NCBI GenBank assembly: GCA_045588365.1
Contig: JAZNEB010000012.1
Location: forward strand, 1,245-65,244
Direction: 5' to 3'
From: Clostridia bacterium
GTDB taxonomy: Bacteria > Bacillota > Clostridia > CAKSNL01 > HGM11501
Length of the DNA stretch: 64,000 nt
Shown here: positions 26,453 to 34,487 of the stretch, in pieces
Numbering within the stretch: the stretch's first letter is position 1
Layout of the letters: each line of letters starts with the position of its first letter
Made by a program: the position numbers and the translations under genes
Notes under the pieces: generated by a model
Database searches by the model: none
The model's input: only the letters and a program-made list of their open reading frames with translations
Told to the model about the DNA's origin: nothing

Positions 26453-27313
26453 ATGTTAATCAAAAAATACGGATATTGCTATATAGATGACATTGCCTTC
26501 GGGCACAGTTTGATTGAACCGCCTATTGAATCGAACAGTCTTCACACCCATGAGATGTGCGAGATTTACTGTGTGTTCAAGGGCAGCGGAAGATATATAA
26601 TCGAAGGCTCGGAGCATAAGCTGGAAAAAGGAAAAGTAATTTTAATGAGACCGGGTGAATTTCACAAAGCTCATATAGAAGAGGACGAAACCTACGAAAG
26701 CTTTGTAATACATTTTCTTCCCGGACTGGTGGATTCCTTTGACCCGGAAAGGAAGCTTTTAAGACCTTTCTTTGAAAGATCCCTGGGGAAAAACAATGTA
26801 TATAGCCGCACCAATGTTGTGAACACTGTAATATACGAGCTTTTTAAGAGAATGGACGAATGCAAGGGAGATAATTATGATAACGGAGTAAAGGTTAAAG
26901 CCCTTTTGTTCTCGGTGCTTATTGAGCTTAATTCTCTTTTTGATGCAGCGCTTTATGAAGATACATCCGTAAAAAATAAACAGACCATTAAGATAGTTGA
27001 ATATATAAATTCCCATTTGACGGAGCCTTTGTCCATAGACAAAATTTGCACGAAATTCTTTATAAGCAGAACACAGCTTAACAGGAATTTCAAGGAAGCT
27101 ACAGGTACATCGGTATGGGAATACATCACCGCCAAAAGGCTTATGCAGGCACGAAACCTTATTATGAGCGGGATGGGAAGCGTTGAAGCTTCATCTAACT
27201 GCGGTTTTGGTGATTATTCGGCTTTTTACAGGGCATATATGAAAAAATACGGCATAAAGCCGTCGGACAAAATTGATGCCATCAAATACAATCCGAAAGA
27301 GGAAAGATTATGA
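26453..27313 (+). CDS. AraC family transcriptional regulator (cupin sensor + HTH)
   Basis: N-terminal cupin and a C-terminal AraC HTH (ISRTQLNRNFKEATGTSVWEYITAKRLMQARNLI). Confidence 0.85.
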   Translation: MLIKKYGYCYIDDIAFGHSLIEPPIESNSLHTHEMCEIYCVFKGSGRYIIEGSEHKLEKGKVILMRPGEFHKAHIEEDETYESFVIHFLPGLVDSFDPERKLLRPFFERSLGKNNVYSRTNVVNTVIYELFKRMDECKGDNYDNGVKVKALLFSVLIELNSLFDAALYEDTSVKNKQTIKIVEYINSHLTEPLSIDKICTKFFISRTQLNRNFKEATGTSVWEYITAKRLMQARNLIMSGMGSVEASSNCGFGDYSAFYRAYMKKYGIKPSDKIDAIKYNPKEERL

Positions 27314-29910
27314 AAAAATTTCTTATAATTGACGGAAACAGTATAATGAACCGTGCTTTTTACGGAATAAAGCTCCTTACAAATTCAGAGGGGATATATA
27401 CCAATGCGGTTTATGGATTTTTAAATATATTCTTTAAAAATATAGATGCCATAAATCCCGATTATGTGGCTGTAGCCTTTGACCTTCGTGAGCCCACCTT
27501 CAGACATAAGCGATATTTAGAGTATAAGGCTCAGCGAAAAGGGATGCCCGAGGAACTTTTTTCCCAGATGCCCATAATAAAAGAAGTTTTATCTGCCATG
27601 AACGTTAAAATTTTAGAGCTTCCGGGCTTTGAGGCAGATGATATTATAGGAACAATGGCAAAAAGATGCAATGATTCTGAAATCGAATGCAATATTCTGA
27701 CAGGAGACAAGGATGATTTGCAGCTTGCCACAAAAACCACTAAAATATATCTTACGGTTACATCAAAAGGCACCACCACAACGGAAGTGTACGACGAAGA
27801 TGCGGTTTTTGCAAAGTACAATGTTACCCCAAAGGAATTTATTGACGTTAAAGGACTTATGGGAGATGCCTCAGACAATATTCCTGGTGTCAGCGGAATA
27901 GGAGAGAAAACCGCCTTTTCCCTTATAAGTCAATATAAGAGCATTGACGGGGTATATGAAAATCTGGATACGGCAAAGCTTGGCCCTTCTGCGAAAAATA
28001 AGCTTATGGAAGGACGTGATATGGCGTATTTGAGCAAGGAGCTTGCCACAATAAATGTGGAAAGCCCCGTGGAGGAAACCATCGAGGACTGTGCGGCAGG
28101 GCCCTACGACAACCAGAAGCTCAAAGAAATTTTCACCCGTCTTGAATTTAAAAGCTTTATAGAAAGATTAAATGTGGAAAAAAACGAAAATGAAGAGTGT
28201 GAAAGTGCCGTTATATTAAAGGACGAAAAGGAAATAAAGGAAGCACTTTTAGGTCTTTCTGAGTTTATATATTACATTTTCACATCAGATAAAAATATAG
28301 ATGCCATCGCATTTTCCGGAAAGGATAAAACCTTTTATACAGAAGAAGATATTTCACTTTTTAAAGAAATTTTCGAAAACGAGAAAATTCCGAAAATATC
28401 CCACGGAATAAAGGATGATTTTGTACTTCTGGCAGAAAAGGGGATTTTAATAAAAAACTACACCTTTGACTCTGAAATCGGGGGATACATTTTGGATCCC
28501 ACCGCATCGGATTATAAATTATCACGTCTTTGCCTTGCTTATTTATCCCGTCTTTCCGAAGAAATAGAGGATGCTAAAAAAGGCTATTTCATAAAGGAAG
28601 CGGAGGATAAATTAAAGGTGGCAGGGGAGGTTATAAAAAATATAGCCGACCTTAAAAGTGTGATTACGGAAAAAATAAAGGAAAACAATCAGGAATTTTT
28701 ATTAAACGAGGTTGAAATTCCTTTAATTGAAGTCCTGGCGGATATGGAAATCCGTGGATTTCAGGTGGATAAAAACGAGCTTATCCGCTATGGTGAAGAG
28801 CTTGATATACGAATTAAATCCTTGGAAGACAGCATATATTTTATGGCAGGGGAAAATTTCAATATAAATTCTCCAAAGCAGATGGGGGTTGTTCTTTTCG
28901 AGCATTTAGGCCTGCCTGTCATAAAGAAAACCAAGACGGGCTATTCCACTGATGCAGAGGTTTTGGGAGAGCTTTCGGAAAAGTATCCAATAGTTGAAGC
29001 AATTTTGGAATACCGTCAGCTTACAAAGCTTAAAGGCACTTATGTTGACGGTATGCTTCCTTTGATAGATGATGAGGGCAAAATACACTCGACCTTCAAT
29101 CAGACAGTAACCGCAACGGGAAGAATAAGCTCCACAGAGCCTAATTTGCAGAATATCCCCGTGAGAATGGAAGAGGGAAGAAAGCTTCGGAAAATGTTTA
29201 CAGCAGAAAGTGAAGAGCGAATTTTGCTGGATGCGGATTATTCCCAGATTGAATTAAGGGTTTTAGCACATCTTTCAGGGGACAGTGCTATGCAAAAAGC
29301 CTTTAATGACAAAAAGGATATCCATCGTATGTGTGCCTCGGAGATATTCTCTGTACCCGAGGATGAAGTTACGGACAGCATGAGAAGAAGTGCAAAAGCC
29401 GTTAATTTCGGGATAGTATATGGAATAAGCGAATTCGGTCTTGCCAAGGACATTCATGTAACCAGAGCCGAGGCTAAAAGATATATGGAGGCGTATTTTA
29501 ACACCTATCCCAAAATAAAAGAGTTTATGGACTCCACCGTGGAAAGCACCAAAAAGACGGGCTTTGTAACAACTATGTTCGGCAGAAGAAGATACATTCC
29601 CGAAATTCTTTCGAGCAATTTCATTCAGCGCTCTTTCGGGGAACGTGCCGCAATGAACGCTCCCGTTCAGGGAACAGCGGCAGATATAATAAAGATTGCC
29701 ATGGTAAGGGTATATAAGGCTCTTTTGAAAGAGACAAAAAGTGCTCGCCTTCTTTTGCAGGTACACGACGAACTTATTGTGTCTGTAAATAAAGAAGAGG
29801 CAGATATGGCAGAAGAAATTTTAATAAGGGAAATGGAAAATGCGGCAAAACTCAGCGTGCCTTTGACAGCTGACGGAAACCGTGGATTTTCCTGGTATGA
29901 TGCAAAATGA
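27310..29910 (+). CDS. polA: DNA polymerase I
   Basis: 5'-3' exonuclease N-terminus, and polymerase motifs RRSAKAVNFGIVYGIS and QVHDELIV. Length 866 aa. Confidence 0.95.
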   Translation: MKKFLIIDGNSIMNRAFYGIKLLTNSEGIYTNAVYGFLNIFFKNIDAINPDYVAVAFDLREPTFRHKRYLEYKAQRKGMPEELFSQMPIIKEVLSAMNVKILELPGFEADDIIGTMAKRCNDSEIECNILTGDKDDLQLATKTTKIYLTVTSKGTTTTEVYDEDAVFAKYNVTPKEFIDVKGLMGDASDNIPGVSGIGEKTAFSLISQYKSIDGVYENLDTAKLGPSAKNKLMEGRDMAYLSKELATINVESPVEETIEDCAAGPYDNQKLKEIFTRLEFKSFIERLNVEKNENEECESAVILKDEKEIKEALLGLSEFIYYIFTSDKNIDAIAFSGKDKTFYTEEDISLFKEIFENEKIPKISHGIKDDFVLLAEKGILIKNYTFDSEIGGYILDPTASDYKLSRLCLAYLSRLSEEIEDAKKGYFIKEAEDKLKVAGEVIKNIADLKSVITEKIKENNQEFLLNEVEIPLIEVLADMEIRGFQVDKNELIRYGEELDIRIKSLEDSIYFMAGENFNINSPKQMGVVLFEHLGLPVIKKTKTGYSTDAEVLGELSEKYPIVEAILEYRQLTKLKGTYVDGMLPLIDDEGKIHSTFNQTVTATGRISSTEPNLQNIPVRMEEGRKLRKMFTAESEERILLDADYSQIELRVLAHLSGDSAMQKAFNDKKDIHRMCASEIFSVPEDEVTDSMRRSAKAVNFGIVYGISEFGLAKDIHVTRAEAKRYMEAYFNTYPKIKEFMDSTVESTKKTGFVTTMFGRRRYIPEILSSNFIQRSFGERAAMNAPVQGTAADIIKIAMVRVYKALLKETKSARLLLQVHDELIVSVNKEEADMAEEILIREMENAAKLSVPLTADGNRGFSWYDAK

Positions 29911-30488
29911 AATTTGTATTGGGTTTAACCGGCGGCACCGGTGCCGGAAAAAGTATGATAAGCGATTATCTTGAAAAAAAAGGTGCATATATAATTGATG
30001 CAGATAAGCTAAGCCGTGAAATAACCAAAGAAAACGGCGCCTGCTTGGATGAAATAAATGAAGCCTTTCCTAATGTTATAAGTAACGGGATTTTGGACAG
30101 AAAAGCTTTGGGGAAAATTGTTTTTTCTGACAAGGATAAACTCAAAATCCTAAATGAAATAACCCATAAGTATATTAAAAAGCTTACGGAGGATGAAATA
30201 AATTCCCATGACGGACTTATAGTGCTTGACGCCCCTTTACTATACGAAGCAGGGGAGGATAAGCTTTGTCATAAGGTTATATTTGTAACGGCAGAGGATT
30301 CTATCCGCCTTGAAAGAATTATAAAAAGGGATAAGCTTTCAAAAGAGGATGCAAAAAAGAGAATAGAGGCAAGAAACCTTGAAGAAATTATGAAAAAAGC
30401 AGATTTTATAATTTCAAATAATGGTGATTTTGAAAAAACAAAAAAAGAAATTGACCTTTTTATAGAAAGCAATGTGAGAAAGGATTAA
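29907..30488 (+). CDS. coaE: dephospho-CoA kinase
   Basis: GLTGGTGAGKS P-loop, and the conserved polA-coaE arrangement. Confidence 0.9.
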   Translation: MKFVLGLTGGTGAGKSMISDYLEKKGAYIIDADKLSREITKENGACLDEINEAFPNVISNGILDRKALGKIVFSDKDKLKILNEITHKYIKKLTEDEINSHDGLIVLDAPLLYEAGEDKLCHKVIFVTAEDSIRLERIIKRDKLSKEDAKKRIEARNLEEIMKKADFIISNNGDFEKTKKEIDLFIESNVRKD

Positions 30489-30495
30489 GTTTGGC

Positions 30496-31038
30496 ATGAA
30501 GAAATTTTTAAGACTATTTGTGTTTGTTTTGATACTGTCTTTAATAATGTCTTATGTCATCGGCGTAATAGAGGTTAAGTACAAGGATATAATCGACGAT
30601 ACTGCAAAGCTGTATGACCTTGATGAAAATATGCTTTATGCCTTGATTTTTACAGAGAGTAAATTCAGTCCCTTGGCAGAAAGCGACAAGGGAGCAGTGG
30701 GTCTTATGCAGATAACGCCCGATACTGCCCTCTGGTGTGCGGAAAAAATGGGTGATGAGCTTTTAGCATCGGAAATAACCGTACCCGAGATAAATATAAA
30801 AGTGGGCTGCTTTTATCTTGACTATCTTATGAAGCGCTACGACGGAGAGGAAAGTGCAGCTTTGGCGGCATATAATGCAGGAGCGGGAAACGTGGATAAG
30901 TGGCTTTTGGAGGAAGAATATTCTCCTGACGGGAAAAAGCTTATAAATACGCCCTTTCCCGAAACAACAGACTATATAAAAAAGATTTCACTTTATAAAA
31001 AAATATACGCCTTTTTGTACGGTAACAAGGAAGAGTGA
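30496..31038 (+). CDS. lytic transglycosylase (SLT domain) with N-terminal membrane anchor
   Basis: SLT motifs ESKFSPLAESDKGAVGLMQITPDTA and AYNAG. Confidence 0.8.
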   Translation: MKKFLRLFVFVLILSLIMSYVIGVIEVKYKDIIDDTAKLYDLDENMLYALIFTESKFSPLAESDKGAVGLMQITPDTALWCAEKMGDELLASEITVPEINIKVGCFYLDYLMKRYDGEESAALAAYNAGAGNVDKWLLEEEYSPDGKKLINTPFPETTDYIKKISLYKKIYAFLYGNKEE

Positions 31039-31868
31039 AAATGGTTAAGATAATCTATGTAAATGACATAAACATTCCGGAGCTTCGCATTTTCACGAAG
31101 CTTACGGAAGCTCAGCTACGCAGTGAAATTGACAGAGAAAAAGGGATTTTTATTGCTGAAAGTCCAAATGTAATACACACCGCTTTGGATAAAGGGTATA
31201 AACCGGTTTCCCTTTTAATGGAGAAAAAGAGAATTGAAACTCAGGGCAAAAGCATAATAGAAAGAATCGGCGATGTTCCCGTCTTTACGGCGGAGGATGA
31301 GGTGCTTAATTCCATAGTCGGCTATCCTTTAACAAGGGGTATCCTTTGTGCCATGGAAAGACCGGAGCTTAAATCCCCCGTTGAAGTGATAAAAAATGCA
31401 ACAAGAATTGCGGTTTTGGAGGATATTGTTGACACTACCAATTTAGGGGCGATTTTCCGTTCTGCGGCGGCTTTGGGCATTGACGGGATTATACTTTCGC
31501 CATCTTCAGCCGACCCCTTTAATAGAAGATGTATAAGGGTGAGCATGGGAACAGTGTTTCAGATTCCCTTTGCATACATATCGGAGGATATTTCCTACTG
31601 GCCACATGAGGGTCTTGAATTCCTTAAGAAAAACGGCTTTACAACGGTTTCCATGGCTCTTTGTGATAATACGGTAAGCATAGATGACGAGAGACTTAAA
31701 AAAGAGAAAAAGCTTGCAATTATTTTAGGAACAGAGGGTACAGGCCTTAAAAAGGAAACCATCGAAAAGTCGGATATAACCGTAAAAATTCCCATGCATA
31801 ACGGGGTGGATTCCTTGAATGTGGGTAACGCCGCAGCAATTGCTTTCTGGGAATTACGAAAAAAATAA
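31035..31868 (+). CDS. TrmH/SpoU family RNA 2'-O-methyltransferase
   Basis: SpoU_sub_bind N-terminal region plus SPOUT motifs (ILGTEGTGL, SLNVGNAAAIAFWE). Confidence 0.8.
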   Translation: MKMVKIIYVNDINIPELRIFTKLTEAQLRSEIDREKGIFIAESPNVIHTALDKGYKPVSLLMEKKRIETQGKSIIERIGDVPVFTAEDEVLNSIVGYPLTRGILCAMERPELKSPVEVIKNATRIAVLEDIVDTTNLGAIFRSAAALGIDGIILSPSSADPFNRRCIRVSMGTVFQIPFAYISEDISYWPHEGLEFLKKNGFTTVSMALCDNTVSIDDERLKKEKKLAIILGTEGTGLKKETIEKSDITVKIPMHNGVDSLNVGNAAAIAFWELRKK

Positions 31869-31876
31869 AAATTATG

Positions 31877-31905
31877 TTGAAAAATTAAAACATAAGTGAT
31901 ATAAT
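31877..31905 (+). promoter_or_regulatory. sigma-A promoter (extended -10) of ilvE
   Basis: TTGAAA, 17-nt spacer, TGATATAAT. Confidence 0.5.
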
Positions 31906-31940
31906 ACTATACATAAAAATTTGAAAAAGAGGCGAAAGTT

Positions 31941-32966
31941 ATGGAAAAAAAGAATATTGATTGGCAGAACTTAGGCTTTGGTTACTTAAAGACCGATTAC
32001 CGCTTTGTTTCAAACTTTAAGGACGGAGCGTGGGACGAAGGATGTCTTACCGACCAGGATCAGGTAGTAATTAGCGAATGTGCAGGTGTGCTTCAGTACG
32101 CTCAGACCTGCTTTGAAGGTCTTAAAGCATATACCACAGAAGACGGAAAAATCGTTACTTTCCGCCCTGACTTAAATGCAAAGAGAATGGCAGATTCCGC
32201 TGCACGTCTGGAAATGCCCGTATATCCCGAAGAAAAGTTCGTTGAAGCTGTTATAAAGACAGTAAAGGCAAATGCAGCTTATGTTCCTCCTTACGGTTCA
32301 GGCGCAACTCTTTACTTAAGACCCTTTATGTTCGGTTCAAACCCCGTTATCGGTGTTAAGCCCGCAACAGAATATCAGTTCAGAATTTTTGCAACTCCCG
32401 TAGGACCCTACTTCAAGGGCGGCGTTAAGCCTCTTACACTTAAGGTTGCTGACTTTGACAGAGCTGCTCCCAACGGAACAGGAAACGTTAAGGCAGGTCT
32501 TAACTATGCAATGAGCCTTCATGCAATCGTAACTGCACACAACGAAGGCTTTGACGAAAATATGTATCTTGACGCTAAAACTCATACAACTGTTGAGGAA
32601 ACAGGCGGTGCAAACTTCATTTTCGTAACAAAGGACAAGAAGGTTGTAACACCCAAGTCCAACAGCATACTTCCTTCAATCACAAGACGTTCCTTAATGG
32701 TTGTTGCCAAGGAATATTTAGGTCTTGAAGCAGAAGAGAGAGAAATCACACTTGAAGAAGTTCGTGATTTTGCAGAGTGCGGTCTTTGCGGAACAGCGGC
32801 AGTTATTTCTCCCGTTGGTAAAATTGTTGACCACGGCAAGGAAATCTGTTTCCCCAGCGGCATGAACGAAATGGGCGAAATCACAAAGAAGCTTTATGAT
32901 ACATTAACAGGCATCCAGATGGGCAGAATAGAAGCTCCCAAGGGCTGGATTCAGGTTATTGAATAA
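31941..32966 (+). CDS. ilvE: branched-chain amino acid aminotransferase
   Basis: Class IV aminotransferase fold with the long N-terminal segment and the catalytic lysine region. Confidence 0.88.
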   Translation: MEKKNIDWQNLGFGYLKTDYRFVSNFKDGAWDEGCLTDQDQVVISECAGVLQYAQTCFEGLKAYTTEDGKIVTFRPDLNAKRMADSAARLEMPVYPEEKFVEAVIKTVKANAAYVPPYGSGATLYLRPFMFGSNPVIGVKPATEYQFRIFATPVGPYFKGGVKPLTLKVADFDRAAPNGTGNVKAGLNYAMSLHAIVTAHNEGFDENMYLDAKTHTTVEETGGANFIFVTKDKKVVTPKSNSILPSITRRSLMVVAKEYLGLEAEEREITLEEVRDFAECGLCGTAAVISPVGKIVDHGKEICFPSGMNEMGEITKKLYDTLTGIQMGRIEAPKGWIQVIE

Positions 32967-32994
32967 AAAATTTCAAGATTCCTGAAAAAAATGC

Positions 32995-33023
32995 TTGCAT
33001 TATCAAAAACTTTATGATATAAT
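32995..33023 (+). promoter_or_regulatory. sigma-A promoter (extended -10) of rpmE
   Basis: TTGCAT, 17-nt spacer, TGATATAAT. Followed by a 50-nt leader with hairpin gctgtcgg-caaaat-ccgacgggc. Confidence 0.5.
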
Positions 33024-33074
33024 TATGCAGTAATAGGCTGTCGGCAAAATCCGACGGGCGTAAATGAACGAGAG

Positions 33075-33290
33075 GTGAATATAATGAGACAGGGAATTCA
33101 TCCTGATTATAAGCAGACAACAATTAAGTGTGCTTGCGGCGAAATAATCGAAACAGGTTCTACCAAAGAGAACATTACTGTGGAAATTTGTTCCAAGTGC
33201 CATCCCTTCTACACCGGAAAGCAGAAGCTTGTTGATACAGGCGGTCGTGTAGAAAGATTTAAGAAGAAATTTAATCTTGAAAACAAATAA
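33075..33290 (+). CDS. rpmE: 50S ribosomal protein L31 (zinc-binding C+ form)
   Basis: [10 protein letters not shown], and CxC...CxxCH zinc ribbon CACGE...[12 protein letters not shown]. Confidence 0.92.
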   Translation: MNIMRQGIHPDYKQTTIKCACGEIIETGSTKENITVEICSKCHPFYTGKQKLVDTGGRVERFKKKFNLENK

Positions 33291-33312
33291 AAGTGGAATT
33301 ATTCCACTTTTT
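33291..33312 (+). terminator. rho-independent terminator of rpmE
   Basis: aagtggaat-tattccacttttttt. Confidence 0.75.
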
Positions 33313-33387
33313 TTGTTTTTTAAAGCAATCACTGATTGCTTATTTTTTTGCATATTTTCCCTTAAAAAAGGAATATTAAAACTGGTG

Positions 33388-33741
33388 ATGAAAATGTTTA
33401 TGCTTATTTTGACCGGTATCGTTTCAGGCTTCGTAAACGGAATTTTCGGAGCAGGAGGCGGAGTTATATCAGTTCTGGCACTCACTTCCTTTTTGAAAAC
33501 CGAAAAGAAAAAGGCTCATGCAACCACGGTTATAGTTATCCTGGCTTTTTCTATTGTAAGTATATTTACCTACGGCTTTAAGGATAATATTGATTTTAAT
33601 CTGGCTCTGATATCGGGGATAGCCGGAGGTGTGGGAGGATTTCTTGGGGCATGGCTCCTTAAAAAAATTCCCACAAAATATGTTGGCAAGATTTTCGGAA
33701 TACTGATGCTGGCATCTTCCTGGAGGATGTTATGTGGATAG
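33388..33741 (+). CDS. half-size (4-TM) TauE/SafE family membrane protein, first of a pair
   Basis: Motif GIFGAGGGVISVLAL and 4 predicted TM helices. It overlaps the next gene by 10 nt (ATGTGGATAG). Confidence 0.55.
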   Translation: MKMFMLILTGIVSGFVNGIFGAGGGVISVLALTSFLKTEKKKAHATTVIVILAFSIVSIFTYGFKDNIDFNLALISGIAGGVGGFLGAWLLKKIPTKYVGKIFGILMLASSWRMLCG

Positions 33742-34091
33742 TAATTTTATCTTCAGTTATAGCAGGGATTGCGGGAGGAATGGGCATTGGCGGCGGAGCC
33801 CTTTTAATACCTGCCCTTACAATTTTCGCCAATGTAAGTCAGCACGTTGCCCAGAGCACCAATTTGATTTTTTTCATACCTACGGCTCTTTGCGCTGTAT
33901 TTATACACCTGAAAAATAAAAATATAGAGCTTAAAAAGGCGATTGTTTTGGTACTGTCAGGTATTCCGGGAGCCATTTTGGGAGGAATGCTTGCTAATTT
34001 TACGGAGGGTGATATTTTGAGAAAAATGTTCGGCGTTTTCCTTTTGATATTCGGACTTATTGAGCTATTTAAAAAGCGGGAGGCAAGGTAA
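33732..34091 (+). CDS. half-size (4-TM) TauE/SafE family membrane protein, second of a pair
   Basis: Motif GMGIGGGALLIPAL. Its stop overlaps the spoVAEB start (TAATG). Confidence 0.55.
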   Translation: MWIVILSSVIAGIAGGMGIGGGALLIPALTIFANVSQHVAQSTNLIFFIPTALCAVFIHLKNKNIELKKAIVLVLSGIPGAILGGMLANFTEGDILRKMFGVFLLIFGLIELFKKREAR

Positions 34092-34459
34092 TGGGTTTTG
34101 ATTTTTTAATGATTATAAAGGCATTTTTAGTCGGGGGTATAATTTGCGCAATCTGTCAGGTTTTAATCGATAAAACCAAGCTTACACCTGCAAGAATTTT
34201 AACATCCTTGGTGTGTATCGGTGTAGTTTTGGGATTTTTGGGACTTTACAAGCCCCTGGTTGATTTTGGTGGAGCAGGTGCAACAGTTCCGCTTTTAGGC
34301 TTTGGCTACAATATGTATAAAGGGGTAGTGGAAGCTGTGGCAAAGGATGGACTTTTGGGTGTACTTACGGGAGGCTTCGCTTCGGGAGCAGCGGGGATTT
34401 CTGCCGCCATAATAGCAGGGCTTATTGCATCGGTTTTAAGAAAGCCTAAAATCAAATAA
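34091..34459 (+). CDS. spoVAEB: stage V sporulation protein AE, B subunit (SpoVAC/SpoVAEB family)
   Basis: KAFLVGGIICAICQV...KLTPAR...FGGAGATVPLLGFG matches the conserved SpoVAC/SpoVAEB core. Length 122 aa. Confidence 0.7.
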   Translation: MGFDFLMIIKAFLVGGIICAICQVLIDKTKLTPARILTSLVCIGVVLGFLGLYKPLVDFGGAGATVPLLGFGYNMYKGVVEAVAKDGLLGVLTGGFASGAAGISAAIIAGLIASVLRKPKIK

Positions 34460-34487
34460 AAAAGCCGCTATGCGGCTTTTTTATTTG
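34460..34487. terminator. bidirectional terminator between spoVAEB (+) and the phosphodiester glycosidase gene (-)
   Basis: aaagccgc-tat-gcggcttttttatttg. Confidence 0.7.

Noticed and set aside
33277-33387. N-terminal extension of the first TauE ORF back to 33277 ([15 protein letters not shown]...)
   Set aside because: It would overlap the rpmE stop and terminator hairpin (33291-33312). The hydrophobic extension is read through the terminator stem, so the start is more likely at 33388/33394.
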